Positions 1 through 9,865 of a DNA stretch of 32,000 bases are shown here, piece by piece. The stretch covers positions 660,001 to 692,000 of the forward strand of contig NC_000917.1 in NCBI RefSeq assembly GCF_000008665.1, in the 5' to 3' direction. The notes beneath the pieces are model-generated. The model made no database searches. It had not been told where the DNA came from and worked only from the letters and a program-made list of their open reading frames with translations. How positions within the stretch are numbered: the first letter of the stretch is position 1; every line of letters starts with the position of its first letter. This stretch comes from Archaeoglobus fulgidus DSM 4304 (lineage in GTDB: Archaea; Halobacteriota; Archaeoglobi; Archaeoglobales; Archaeoglobaceae). The position numbers and the translations under genes were made by a program.

Positions 1-2
1 TG

Positions 3-257
3 CACCTGACCCTCTACAACATTAAAAAGCTTTTCGAAAATGCCGGCATCGCCAACGGCCACTTCAAGGCCTATGATGAGCTGGGCGTTCAGCCCGTGCA
101 CATTCACAAAAGCAAAACCGAGCACAAAAAGGCTATTTCCCTGCTTTGTAAGGGGATTTCGGAGATTTTTAGGGAGCGCAGCCCTGAGGACCTGATAGAA
201 AGCGAGAATTTGAAGTTCGTAATCGAATCTATTGCACCTGAGCTGTGCGAGCCATGA
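3..257 (+). CDS. 3' end of a truncated hypothetical protein (84 residues visible: HLTLYNIKKLFENAGIANGHFKAYDEL...IAPELCEP*)
   Basis: Frame read by hand, open from the window edge to TGA at 255-257; charged, protein-like composition; not in the ORF track. Confidence 0.6.
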   Translation, partial: HLTLYNIKKLFENAGIANGHFKAYDELGVQPVHIHKSKTEHKKAISLLCKGISEIFRERSPEDLIESENLKFVIESIAPELCEP

Positions 258-678
258 GATAAGCGTCCTCTCCGTCACTGTAGTAGCCACTGATAACATC
301 GATAATTTCGAATCCAAATTTTTTATACAATTTTTGAGCCTGAACGTTTGAGACCCTAACTTCCAGGGTTATCTTCCTCTTTCCCCTCCCCTCAAGCCTT
401 TTAATCGCTTCCGAGAGAAGCATCTTTCCTATACCCATCCCCCTGAACTCTTTCCTCACAGCAAAAGCTATTATCTTGCCTGTAAACTCGTCAACATCCA
501 TCGTAACGATGTAACCGGCTATTTTCGACCCTATGTCCGCAACAAGCAGGTCGGTGCCGTAGGTTATGTAAACGTAAACGTCATAAGCAGGATTGCGCGG
601 AGAGAAGGCTTCCTTATCTATTTCGAGAACTTCCTTAAAGTCCTTGTGCGTGTAGTCCCTGATTATCACCGTCTGCAC
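229..678 (-). CDS. rimI: RimI-like GNAT N-acetyltransferase; start probably GTG at 678 rather than 717
   Basis: GNAT motif AFAVRKEFRGMGIGKMLLSEAIKRLEGRGKRKITLEVRVSNVQAQKLYKKFGFE. A TATA-like TTTTTATAT lies about 25 nt upstream of GTG 678, inside the longer ORF. Confidence 0.85.
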   Translation of the reverse strand: MQTVIIRDYTHKDFKEVLEIDKEAFSPRNPAYDVYVYITYGTDLLVADIGSKIAGYIVTMDVDEFTGKIIAFAVRKEFRGMGIGKMLLSEAIKRLEGRGKRKITLEVRVSNVQAQKLYKKFGFEIIDVISGYYSDGEDAYLMARTAQVQ

Positions 679-715
679 AAAACTTAATTGCCCCTCTGAG
701 ATATAAAAATTGTTC

Positions 716-1102
716 ATGCTGCAAATTGCCGACTACATAGCAGAAAACTACAGAGGTAAGGTCGTGGAGGTGGGAATAGGGAGATTTACTGCGGTAGCCG
801 AGCTTCTGGCGAGGAGGGGCTTTGAGGTTTTCGCAACGGATGTTGTTGAGCGGAGAGCTCCTGAGGGTTGCAGATTTTACGTTGACGACGTGACAAAGCC
901 CAACCTCAAAATATATGAAGGGGCCTCTCTCATCTACTCCCTCCGCCCACCACCGGAGCTTTTTTCCGCAATAGTCGAGGTTTCGCGGAAAGTTGGTGCG
1001 GACTGCCTCATCAAGCCCCTCTACGGGGACTACATGGAGGCGAGAATTGTAAACTATAAAGGTGCGCAGTTTTACCTCATAAGGAGGGAGAATTATGATT
1101 AA
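716..1102 (+). CDS. UPF0146 family protein (methyltransferase-like fold)
   Basis: IADYIAENYRGKVVEVGIGRFTAVAELLARRGFEVFATDV...APEGCRFYVDDVTKP resembles the archaeal UPF0146 family; ATG at 716 preferred over TTG at 710. Confidence 0.75.
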   Translation: MLQIADYIAENYRGKVVEVGIGRFTAVAELLARRGFEVFATDVVERRAPEGCRFYVDDVTKPNLKIYEGASLIYSLRPPPELFSAIVEVSRKVGADCLIKPLYGDYMEARIVNYKGAQFYLIRRENYD

Positions 1103-1508
1103 GGAAATAGAGGTTGAGCTGGACGGTTTCGGGGACATGGCCGACATAACCCCTGAGGTTGAGAAATTCGTCAAGGAGAGCAGCGTGGAGAGTGGCGCGG
1201 TTCTCGTCTTCAGCGTTGGAAGCACAGGGGCCGTGACAACCATCGAATACGAGCCGGGCTTGAAAAAAGACCTTCCGAGGATTATGGAGAAGATTGCCCC
1301 CTATGGGGACAGCTACGAGCATCACAAGACGTGGGGGGATGACAACGGTTCGGGGCACGTTAAGGCGAGCATAATAGGCCCATCCGTCCTAATTCCCTTC
1401 CACAACTCAAAACCGATTCTGGGGACATGGCAGCAGGTTGTGATTATCAACTTCGATACCAGAAGAAGGAGAAGAAGGGTAATCCTGCAGATTCTGCGCT
1501 CATGCTGA
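1095..1508 (+). CDS. YjbQ / UPF0047 family protein
   Basis: GAVLVFSVGSTGAVTTIEYEPGL...HHKTWGDDNGSGHVKASIIGPSVLIPFHNSKPILGTWQQVVIINFD is typical of YjbQ/UPF0047. Confidence 0.88.
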   Translation: MIKEIEVELDGFGDMADITPEVEKFVKESSVESGAVLVFSVGSTGAVTTIEYEPGLKKDLPRIMEKIAPYGDSYEHHKTWGDDNGSGHVKASIIGPSVLIPFHNSKPILGTWQQVVIINFDTRRRRRRVILQILRSC

Positions 1509-2509
1509 CAAAGCTTTTCCTTAAAAAGAAGTTCGAGGAGTATTACTCGAAAAATGAGGTTGAACTTCCGAGGAAGTTCAAAAACAGAGAGTTCGCCTTC
1601 GTCCCGCTGGAATTGCTTCCCGATTTTGTGATGCACCGGCACATATCCTTCAGGTCGGAGACTGACTTCAGAGCCTACATACTGTCCAACGTTCCAGCCC
1701 ACATCTACTTCTCCTCCGCATACTACGAGAGACCCGCTGAGGACAAAATGGAGAACAAGGGCTGGCTCGGTGCGGACCTAATCTTCGACATTGATGCGGA
1801 CCACCTGCCGGTAAAAGCGCAATCCTTCGAAAAGGCTCTTGAGATGGCGAAGAGGGAGATTAAAAAGCTTACAGCCGTCCTTCGTGCGGATTTCGGAATA
1901 AGAGATATGAAGATTTACTTCTCAGGCGGGAGGGGGTATCACGTTCACGTCCACGACGAGGAGTTCCTCTCTCTGGGAAGCGCGGAGAGGAGGGAGATAG
2001 TGGATTACCTCCGCCTCAACTCCCCTAAAATCGTGGTTGAGGACAGGTTTGCCAACTCAAACGCGGCAAAGAGGGTTCTGAATTACCTCAGAAAGAAGCT
2101 TGAGGAGGATGAGAGGCTGACCAGCAAGCTCAAAATCAAACCTGCAGACCTGAAAAAGGAGAAGCTAACGAAGAAGGTTATCCGTGCTGTCGAGAAGTTT
2201 GACTACTCCGCCCTCAGCATATACATCGATGCTCCAGTCACTGCGGACGTTAAAAGGCTGATAAGGCTTCCGGGAAGCCTTCACGGGAAAACCGGACTGA
2301 GGGTGACGGAAGTTGAGGATATTGAGAGCTTCAACCCTCTTAAAGATGCTCTTGCTTTCGGTGATGAAGCGGTCGTGGTAAAGGTAGCGAGAAAGCTGAA
2401 TTTGAGCATCGGGGACTTCAGCGGGAAGATTTACCCGGGAAGAGTTAAACTGCCCGAGTACGCAGCGGTGTTTCTGATTTGCAGAGGGGATGCAAGCTAC
2501 GATTCCTAA
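1502..2509 (+). CDS. priS: Archaeal/eukaryotic-type DNA primase small (catalytic) subunit
   Basis: HRHISF; [14 protein letters not shown]; [20 protein letters not shown]; [33 protein letters not shown] 1502 is the likely start; the ORF opens at 1427 inside the upstream gene. Confidence 0.95.
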
Positions 2510-2922
2510 ACCTTCTTAACCGCAGAGATCAGTTTGACGTTCATAACGCCTCTTGCGGCTGAGATTTTGTCAACGAGCACTTTTATTCTCTCCATTTTGC
2601 CCTTAACCAGTATCATCTCAAGACACTGGTCCTCGTTGAGGTGTATGTGCGTGCTTGAGGTGATTATTTCATGAAAATCGTGCTGCAAGTCGATCAGTAA
2701 ATCGCTAACGCCCTTTACGTGATGGTCGTAGAGCACCACAAGAACGCCCACAATCTCCCCTTTTTCGCTCTCAAGCCACCTGTACTCGGTTATATACGTC
2801 CTTATTGCATCTCTGATGGCTTCACTTCTTGAGGAGTAACCTCTGGTGGATATTATCCTATCAAACTCGTCTAAGAGATTTTTCGGCAGGCTCACACCGA
2901 TTCTCGTAATGCCCTCTTCCAT
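2506..2922 (-). CDS. nikR: NikR-type nickel-responsive ribbon-helix-helix regulator
   Basis: RHH: [44 protein letters not shown]/NikR domain: [52 protein letters not shown] at 2922. Confidence 0.9.
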
Positions 2923-3205
2923 GCATAACTTCGTTCGGAAATTTATAAAAAAGTATTCGTTTGCGGCAAATCCGAGTTTTAAAATTTTCAATACAAAATT
3001 AAATCAAAGATTCCATGCAAGTTTGATGAGAACCCTGCAATCAGATTAGCCACCTGTTCAGATTCTGCAGAATGTCCTTCATTTCCAGCACAGTAAGGTT
3101 TACGCTGTCAAGAAAATTCCGTGCGCCCTATAATAGTGGCTATTTTGAGTTTTCGTGAAAAATTCTGAAAAGCTCTTAAAAAGGCGAGAGGCGATTAAAA
3201 AGTTT

Positions 3206-4771
3206 TCAAAAAACCCTGATTATCTCCCCCATCCCCTTGCTCCTTCCCTCCCTGAAGATGAACTTCTGGCCTTCGTAAACGAAGTGGGGGTGATATTTGA
3301 ACTTCATTCTCACTATTCCTCTGTCTCCGGGCTTGAGGTATTCCTTATCCATCTCAACAAACGTCACAGTCTCTGAAATGGTTTCGACGTGCATAACCGG
3401 CTCGTAGCCGACGCTGATTAGGGTTGGGTGGGTGAAGACGTAAATCTCAGCATCAAACTCCCAGACAGCCCTTGGCTCTTTCCTGCTTATGACCATTCCC
3501 CTCCTCAACTCGTCGTACCTTACTCCTTTGACTGCAGCACCAATTATGTCTCCCGCCTTTGCTCTGTCGATTCTGTAGTGGTGCATCTCTATGCTCTGAA
3601 TCCTCACCCTCCTGAAGCTGCCATCCTGAAAGGGTCCGATGTAAACCTCATCGCCCTCAGCAAGTTCTCCGCTCTTCACGCTCCCGCTCACGACTGTCCC
3701 CACTCCAGTAACACTGTAAATCTTGTCGATGTACATGAGGAAGTCTTCGTCAGCAGTATAGCGCTTTGGCAGGTGCAGGAAAATCTCCTCAAGGATGTCG
3801 TAGCCCTCCAGAGTAACAGCAGAAGTTATGACTACGGGAACGAGAAGTTTGTTGCTTTTTACCATCTCAGCAGCTTTTCTGGCGTCGTGCCTTGACTTCA
3901 GGACGGTTGGAACCCTCCCAACTCTCCTGAGAGTGGCTGATATCTCCTGCAAAACCTCACTGAGTCTCGCATCGTCGACCATGTCCGCCTTGGTTACAGC
4001 CACGATGACGGGCAAATCCATCGCGAGCATTATTCCGAGGTGTTCTTTTGTCGTTCTCATCACACCATCGTTTGCAGCAACCACGAGGAGGCCGTAATCG
4101 ACCTTCTGCCCCAACAGACCTCTTATGGTAGTCCTGAGCCACGGCTCGTGGCCTACGGTGTCAACGAAGCTCACCAGCTTGTCGGCCGTTTCAACAACCA
4201 TTGCTTTCTCTGCCTTGCTCAGCGGATTTTTCATTCTCAGAACTTTTCCGTCTTTGTAACCGAAAACGGCAAAGCTTATTTCAGCACTCAGCCCCCTCTC
4301 AATTTCGTGCTTCAGAACGTCTAAATAAACTCTCGTCGCGCCATCCCCATCGTCTGGCTTTCCCGTGATGAGGCAGCCGACGAGCGTTGATTTCCCGTGG
4401 TCAACATGTCCCGCTGTTCCTACCAATATGTGCTCCTTCGCCTTTGTCTTCCTTATCTCCACCAACCCCACGTAGCCTCCGTTAACCTCATGCCTCTCAA
4501 CGGAGCTTACCTCAGCCTCAATTTCGGTGGCAAGCTTTTTCAAAACCTCAATGGTTTCGGAAAATTTGTTTTCATCAATACCCTTTATCTCACCGCTGTC
4601 TGACACGCCAACAACGTAAAGAGCCACACCCTTTCCCATTATAATCCTGTGGTTCATCTGGCAGGCGAGCTGCCTGAACCTGCCCTCTTTAAGGTGAAAG
4701 TTGCCCAAGAACTCCTTGAACTCTACGTTTTCTCCCTCTCCCCTCTCCAGGAGCTTGAGGATTTTTTCCAC
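3206..4771 (-). CDS. EF-Tu-superfamily GTP-binding protein, GTPBP1-like (COG5258 type)
   Basis: GTPase motifs GTAGHVDHGKSTL, DTVGHEPW, TKAD; EF-Tu domain 2/3 regions. Likely GTG start at 4771 with a TATA-like AAAAATTAAAT about 24 nt upstream; the track ORF runs to 4903. Confidence 0.85.
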   Translation of the reverse strand: MEKILKLLERGEGENVEFKEFLGNFHLKEGRFRQLACQMNHRIIMGKGVALYVVGVSDSGEIKGIDENKFSETIEVLKKLATEIEAEVSSVERHEVNGGYVGLVEIRKTKAKEHILVGTAGHVDHGKSTLVGCLITGKPDDGDGATRVYLDVLKHEIERGLSAEISFAVFGYKDGKVLRMKNPLSKAEKAMVVETADKLVSFVDTVGHEPWLRTTIRGLLGQKVDYGLLVVAANDGVMRTTKEHLGIMLAMDLPVIVAVTKADMVDDARLSEVLQEISATLRRVGRVPTVLKSRHDARKAAEMVKSNKLLVPVVITSAVTLEGYDILEEIFLHLPKRYTADEDFLMYIDKIYSVTGVGTVVSGSVKSGELAEGDEVYIGPFQDGSFRRVRIQSIEMHHYRIDRAKAGDIIGAAVKGVRYDELRRGMVISRKEPRAVWEFDAEIYVFTHPTLISVGYEPVMHVETISETVTFVEMDKEYLKPGDRGIVRMKFKYHPHFVYEGQKFIFREGRSKGMGEIIRVF

Positions 4772-4850
4772 AATTAAATTTCCATGTTGGGGATTTAATT
4801 TTTCCGATTGGAGCACCAAACCTTTATAATGTCCATGCAAAATAAACACG

Positions 4851-5750
4851 ATGAACCCGCTGGAAACGGAGATTGGCGGTTTAAGAATGAAAAACCCTCT
4901 CATGCTTGCAAGCGGGATTATGGGCAGTAAGGTTCACTCCCTCAATCTCATCGCGCGGGATGCGGGAGCGGTTGTTACAAAGTCTGTCGGTGTTGAGGAG
5001 AGGGAGGGCTACAGGAATCCGACCGTCGTAAACTGGAAATGCGGGCTGATAAACGCAGTTGGACTAGCTTCTCCTGCGGCCAAAGATTTTGCCGAGGAGC
5101 TGAAGGACTACACGAATGAGGCACCTCTCCTCATAAGCCTCTACGGACATTCCGTTGAGGAGTTTTCCGATCTCGTTGACACCTTTGACTCCGCTCTTCC
5201 CTATCTCCACGGTTACGAGCTAAACCTCAGCTGCCCTCACGTGAAGGGAGCGGGCCTCGATATAGGAATGGACCTTGAGCTTTCAGCGGCAATAGTTGAG
5301 GAGCTGAAAGGAAAGACGAAGAACCCAGTTTTTGCCAAGCTGTCAGCGATGCACGACTACCTGAAGCTCGCAAAGGTCCTTGAGGATGCCGGAGTTGATG
5401 GAATAACGATATCAAACACTCTCAGGGGAATGAAGATAGACATAATGTCTGGAAAGCCGGTTTTGAGCAACCTCTCTGGCGGTGTGAGCGGGCCGGCAAT
5501 CAAGCCCATAGCCCTAAAGTGCGTTTACGACCTCTACAAGGAAATCGAGGTTCCAATAGTGGGCTGTGGGGGGATAACGAGCTTTGAGGACGTTCTTGAG
5601 TTTATAATGGCAGGTGCAAGGGCCGTGCAGATAGGCTCGGCGGTTTACTACAGCCGGAGAATTTTCTACAGCCTGAAGGAGAGCCTGATAGCCTTTACGA
5701 GGGCAAGAGACTGCACAATCTCCGACCTCATCGGAATCGCCCACAGCTGA
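4851..5750 (+). CDS. pyrD: Dihydroorotate dehydrogenase (class 1B-like catalytic subunit)
   Basis: MNPLETEIGGLRMKNPLMLASGIMG; NLSCPHVKG; NTLRGMKIDIMSGKPVLSNLSGGVSGPAIKPIALKCVYDLY; GCGGITSFEDVLEFIMAGARAVQIGSA. TATA-like CTTTATAATG about 25 nt upstream. Confidence 0.93.
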   Translation: MNPLETEIGGLRMKNPLMLASGIMGSKVHSLNLIARDAGAVVTKSVGVEEREGYRNPTVVNWKCGLINAVGLASPAAKDFAEELKDYTNEAPLLISLYGHSVEEFSDLVDTFDSALPYLHGYELNLSCPHVKGAGLDIGMDLELSAAIVEELKGKTKNPVFAKLSAMHDYLKLAKVLEDAGVDGITISNTLRGMKIDIMSGKPVLSNLSGGVSGPAIKPIALKCVYDLYKEIEVPIVGCGGITSFEDVLEFIMAGARAVQIGSAVYYSRRIFYSLKESLIAFTRARDCTISDLIGIAHS

Positions 5751-6477
5751 GCTCAACGGGCTGGGAAAGGAGGGGACTTCTCAGCATTTTTTCGAAGAAG
5801 TTTTCGTCCCTCAAAACAGCCCTGGCTGCCGAAGCCATCTTCGCCCCTGCCATTATGATTCTCTCCCCGCTCTCGATGTCAACGAAGGAGTTGTTTCCTA
5901 TCACATTCCCAATTCTTGAAATTCTCTCAATCAGGGAAAAATCGCATCCACCACCCGGAATCATGGCATCGACATGAATTGCCAGACAGCCGGCATCGAA
6001 GAGCTTTCGAGCGATCTTCTCGTAATCCAATTTGTGACCTCCCCTTATTTTCACGAATGTGGGTGCTATTCTTGAGGTTTTGCTGACGATTTCCACCAGC
6101 CTCTCGTGGTTGAAGAGCAGCCACTCCCCGCAGCCTATCTCAACGAACTCCGGCTGCCTGCAGTGAGCATTTATTTCAATTATGCCTTCAAACTCCGCTA
6201 CCAGTTCAGCAACGTTCAGGTAGCCTTCAAGGGATGAAGACCTTACGTTTACCGCAAACTTCCTCCTCCCAAGCTTTTTTATCTCGCCTTCAATTCCGTC
6301 AATCCCGAACAGAAACTCCTTTCTACCCCTCTTAACGGCTTTTTCCGCCGCTTCAAGGGCCCTTCTGTCAGCATTGAACCCTCCTAGGATTACAAGCGAC
6401 GCTTTCTGCTTTCTGCAAAACTCCGCATTGTTCACTCCGGCCATCGCAGAGAGAGCGAGGCGGTTCTCAAATATCAT
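5728..6477 (-). CDS. Archaeal TIM-barrel protein related to tRNA-dihydrouridine synthases (MJ0144-like)
   Basis: MIFENRLALSAMAGVNNAEFC; EINAHCRQPEFVEIGCG; CLAIHVDAMIPGGGCDFSLIERI; MAGAKMASAARAVL. Confidence 0.7.
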   Translation of the reverse strand: MIFENRLALSAMAGVNNAEFCRKQKASLVILGGFNADRRALEAAEKAVKRGRKEFLFGIDGIEGEIKKLGRRKFAVNVRSSSLEGYLNVAELVAEFEGIIEINAHCRQPEFVEIGCGEWLLFNHERLVEIVSKTSRIAPTFVKIRGGHKLDYEKIARKLFDAGCLAIHVDAMIPGGGCDFSLIERISRIGNVIGNNSFVDIESGERIIMAGAKMASAARAVLRDENFFEKMLRSPLLSQPVELSCGRFR

Positions 6478-7309
6478 ATCTCAGCTCGTTTAGCCTCAAA
6501 ATCCCGTCGAAAACTCTGCTCGCCCCACCCGTCATGTAGGCAGTATCCTCTGTAAGCTCTATCTTGAGCAAACCTCCCTTCGTTACAACGTCAACCTTAC
6601 TTCCGGTTAGGCCGAGCCTGTTTGCTATTGCCGCAACGGCAACGCTTCCGGTTCCGCAGCTCAGTGTTTCCCCTTCAACACCCCTCTCGTAGGTTCTGAC
6701 CGTAATTGTGTCCCCATCAACTTTCGCAAAGTTTACGTTGGTTCCCTCCGGAAAAATCTCGGAATAGCGGATTTTTCTCGCAAGGGGGACGATGTCGAAG
6801 TCGAGACTGTCCACGAAAACGGCCACGTGCGGCACTCCGGTGTTGGCAGCGTAAATCCTGAACTTCCTGCCGTCGTGCTCCACCTCATACCCCCACACGT
6901 CGGTTTTTGCTGGAATCTCCTCCCTTCCAAACTTAGGCTTTCCCATGTCAACCTTCACCCACCAGCCGTTCTCCCTCTTTACCTCAAGCTCAAGAATCCC
7001 AGCGAGGGTTTCTACTCTCAACCTCTCCCCAGCATAGCCCTCCTCCACGACGTAGCGGGAGAAGCACCTTATACCGTTCCCGCACATCGCAGCCTCGCTG
7101 CCATCGCTGTTGAAGTACCTGAACCTGACGTCCGCCTTTTGCGAGGGCTGAACAAAAAGCGCACCGTCAGCACCAACGCCGAAGTTTCTGTGGCATACTG
7201 CCCTTACAAACCTCGGCTTCTCCTCTTCTCCCACAATCACTCCTTCGAATTCGTCAATCAGGACGAAGTCGTTACCGTTACCGTGCATTTTAGTAAAGGC
7301 AATTCGCAT
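6467..7309 (-). CDS. dapF: Diaminopimelate epimerase
   Basis: MRIAFTKMHGNGNDFVLID; NSDGSEAAMCGNGIRCFSRYV; NTGVPHVAVFV; ERGVEGETLSCGTGSVAVAAIA, including both catalytic Cys motifs. ATG at 7309. Confidence 0.96.
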   Translation of the reverse strand: MRIAFTKMHGNGNDFVLIDEFEGVIVGEEEKPRFVRAVCHRNFGVGADGALFVQPSQKADVRFRYFNSDGSEAAMCGNGIRCFSRYVVEEGYAGERLRVETLAGILELEVKRENGWWVKVDMGKPKFGREEIPAKTDVWGYEVEHDGRKFRIYAANTGVPHVAVFVDSLDFDIVPLARKIRYSEIFPEGTNVNFAKVDGDTITVRTYERGVEGETLSCGTGSVAVAAIANRLGLTGSKVDVVTKGGLLKIELTEDTAYMTGGASRVFDGILRLNELRYDI

Positions 7310-7356
7310 GAAGCAAGTTCGGGCGAGATTTTTAAAAGTTCCCGGCAACTTTATCT

Positions 7357-8256
7357 GTGAAGGTCGGCATCGTTCTGAATCCGCACGCCGGCGGAGGGTT
7401 TGATGACTTGAAGAGGAGAGTGGTGGTTAGAGTTCTGAAAAAGCTCGATGGGGAGTTTGTTACTGCTGACAAAGTAGCGGAACTGCTCGGCATCGAGGCT
7501 GAGAGGGTAAAAGTTAAGGAGACAAACACGAGGCTCGACACGGTAAATCTGGTGAAAGCTCTCGACGGCAATGTTGACGTTATAGCCGTTTTCGGCGGTG
7601 ACGGAACCGTAAGCGACGCAGCATCAGCCAAACCGCAAACACCCCTCCTATGCATCGGCATCGGCACGACCAACGTAAGTCCTGCGCTCTGTCCACCGGA
7701 CTTTGACAGGCTGGAAGAGGTCGAGATGAGGGGGCTGGTGGTCAAATTTGGTGGGGAGGAGAGAGTTGCCTTCAACGATGTAGTTGTTGGCTCCACGATA
7801 CTGTCAACGGTTGACGGAAAAAGAGTTCAGGTTGATGCGCGGAGGTACATGAGGGGCGAGAAGGTCATAGCCACGCCCAGAAAGTTCAGAGCAAGGGTGG
7901 AGGTCGGTGAGAGGGTTGTTGAGGGCGTTTTCGGCAACATCTTTGTCGCAATGACCGACAGGAGATTTCTCGGTAAGGGTATTGCCGGCGGAGCGTCCCT
8001 CTCAGCTTTCCTCGGCTTTAAAGGTGTCGTGGCGTGCGTGAGCGAGGGAATTGTTGTATCCACCTACACAAAGGAAGATTTGAGGAGAGTAGAGCCCATC
8101 GTCACGAGCACCATCAGTTTTGACGATGAGGTGGTGAAAATAGATGCTGACGAGGTCGTTTCGTGCGACGGAAATCCGCTGGGTGTGGGTAGGGCAGAGG
8201 TGGCCATTGAAGATGGGGTTGTGAGGGTTCTGAAACCTTTTAAAGAGGAGGAGTGA
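7357..8256 (+). CDS. ATP-NAD kinase-like protein (NAD kinase superfamily, COG3199-like)
   Basis: KVGIVLNPHAGGG...VDVIAVFGGDGTVSDAAS...LLCIGIGTTNVSPAL; GTG start. Confidence 0.8.
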   Translation: MKVGIVLNPHAGGGFDDLKRRVVVRVLKKLDGEFVTADKVAELLGIEAERVKVKETNTRLDTVNLVKALDGNVDVIAVFGGDGTVSDAASAKPQTPLLCIGIGTTNVSPALCPPDFDRLEEVEMRGLVVKFGGEERVAFNDVVVGSTILSTVDGKRVQVDARRYMRGEKVIATPRKFRARVEVGERVVEGVFGNIFVAMTDRRFLGKGIAGGASLSAFLGFKGVVACVSEGIVVSTYTKEDLRRVEPIVTSTISFDDEVVKIDADEVVSCDGNPLGVGRAEVAIEDGVVRVLKPFKEEE

Positions 8257-8266
8257 TGAAGGGGCG

Positions 8267-9865
8267 ATGAATGTTTGCATTGCTGGTGCCGCTGGAGATG
8301 GAGTAAGAGGGGCTGGGACTATTCTCGGAAGGATTTTCTCTGAGCTTGGCTACCACGTTTTCGTGTATCAGGAATATCAGTCTCTGATCAGGGGTGGGCA
8401 CAACGCCAGCGTGGTGAGAGCATCGCTGAAAGAAATTAACTCCTACAGCTATCACTACGACGCCCTAATCTGCCTTCGGGATTACGTATTTGAGAAACAC
8501 GCCGATAGGCTGAGAGGGTTGCTGATTAGCGATTCTTCCCTTAACCTAAATTATGACCCAAAGCTGGAGTTTCCGATTGCCGAAACGGTAAAGGAGCTTG
8601 GCCTGCCCGACATTTCGAGAAACATTGCGGCCATTGCCATTTTCTGCAGGTCGGTGGGGGTTGAGAGGGGCGTTGTTGAGGAAGTAATCAAGGAGGAGCT
8701 TGGGAAGAGGGGTGAGGAAAACCTCAGAATTGTTGGGAAGGTTTATGAGAGCCTTGACCTTTCTGCTGAAGTTGGGCGTGTTGAGCGGGTTGGTGAGAAA
8801 AAGGAGCTCGTTTCCGGTGCGAGGGCAATTGCCGAAGGGATGCTGGCAGCCGGACTGAAGTTTTACTACGCCTACCCCATGACGCCCGCCTCGCCAATAC
8901 TCCACATTCTGGCCGCAGACAGCAGGTGTGTAGCTCTGCAACCCGAAAACGAGATTGCCGCAATAATGATGGCCATAGGGAGCGCCTTTGGCGGGGAGAG
9001 GGCTGCAGTGGGGACGAGCGGTGGTGGGTTTGCGCTGATGAGCGAGAGCATAAGCCTTGCAGGGATGGCTGAGGTGCCCGTTCTGATCATTCTCGCCCAG
9101 AGGAGCGGGCCATCCACGGGAATGGCGACCTACACCGCTCAGCAGGACCTTTACTTTGCCCTTAACCCAGCGCACGGCGAGTTTCCGCTTATAGTTGCAT
9201 CACCCATAACCATCGAGGACTCCTACAGGCTTGCGGGTGAGCTTCTGAATCTGGCATGGCAGTTCCAGACACCAGCAATACTTCTGACGGAGAAGCACAT
9301 CACGGAAAGCCTTGCAACAGCGAAGCTCGAAGGGGTGGTTAAGAGGGAAGTAGAGATTTTCAGAGAAAAGGGGGAGCTTTTCAAGAGGTACGCGATAACG
9401 GAGAGCGGTATTTCCCCCTACGCTGCCCCTCCGGCCATATTCAAGGCAAACAGCAACGAGCACGATGAATACGGCTTTGCAACCGATGATGCGGAAACCG
9501 CAACAAAGATGTACGCGAAAAGGATGAGGAAGGAGGAGGAAATAAGGAGGGTCGTAGCGAATCTCAACCCCTACGTGGTGGTAAAAAACGGGAAGGACTG
9601 GATTGTTACGTGGGGCAGCAATTTTGGAGCTGTGAAGGAGGTTGCTGAGGAGCTTGGATTCAGCGTGGCGGCGATCAGGTACATGAGACCCCTCTTCCTG
9701 CCGAAAATTAGCGGGAATGTTTTCTGCGTGGAGTGCAACTACACGGGACTGCTCGCAAGGCTGATCGAGGCTGAGGGGGTTGAGGTTAAAAGAATCCTCA
9801 GGTGGGATGGAAGGCCGTTTACGCCTGAAGAGGTCAGAGAGGAGGTGGAGAAATGGTCAGGATAA
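8267..9865 (+). CDS. 2-oxoacid:ferredoxin oxidoreductase, fused gamma-alpha subunit
   Basis: Gamma domain MNVCIAGAAGDGVRGAGTILGRIFSELGYHVFVYQEYQSLIRGGHNAS, then alpha domain FYYAYPMTPASPILHIL...VGTSGGGFALMSESISLAGMAEVPVLIILAQRSGPSTGMATYTAQQDL. Confidence 0.92.
   Translation: MNVCIAGAAGDGVRGAGTILGRIFSELGYHVFVYQEYQSLIRGGHNASVVRASLKEINSYSYHYDALICLRDYVFEKHADRLRGLLISDSSLNLNYDPKLEFPIAETVKELGLPDISRNIAAIAIFCRSVGVERGVVEEVIKEELGKRGEENLRIVGKVYESLDLSAEVGRVERVGEKKELVSGARAIAEGMLAAGLKFYYAYPMTPASPILHILAADSRCVALQPENEIAAIMMAIGSAFGGERAAVGTSGGGFALMSESISLAGMAEVPVLIILAQRSGPSTGMATYTAQQDLYFALNPAHGEFPLIVASPITIEDSYRLAGELLNLAWQFQTPAILLTEKHITESLATAKLEGVVKREVEIFREKGELFKRYAITESGISPYAAPPAIFKANSNEHDEYGFATDDAETATKMYAKRMRKEEEIRRVVANLNPYVVVKNGKDWIVTWGSNFGAVKEVAEELGFSVAAIRYMRPLFLPKISGNVFCVECNYTGLLARLIEAEGVEVKRILRWDGRPFTPEEVREEVEKWSG

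Noticed and set aside
635-1243. 202-aa minus-strand ORF and similar antisense ORFs (1322-1702, 3428-3895, 6827-7360, 7332-7796, 8546-9175, 24792-25388, 25243-25758, 26077-26619, 27266-27844)
   Set aside because: They lie antisense to well-recognised genes and have low-complexity or shadow-ORF composition; they reflect codon bias on the coding strand.
2992-3205. Possible C/D box sRNA in the gap upstream of nikR (TTTGATGAG...CTGCAGAA...TTCTGAAAAG)
   Set aside because: The box C match lacks a properly spaced D'/D box CTGA and flanking stem; not supportable by eye.
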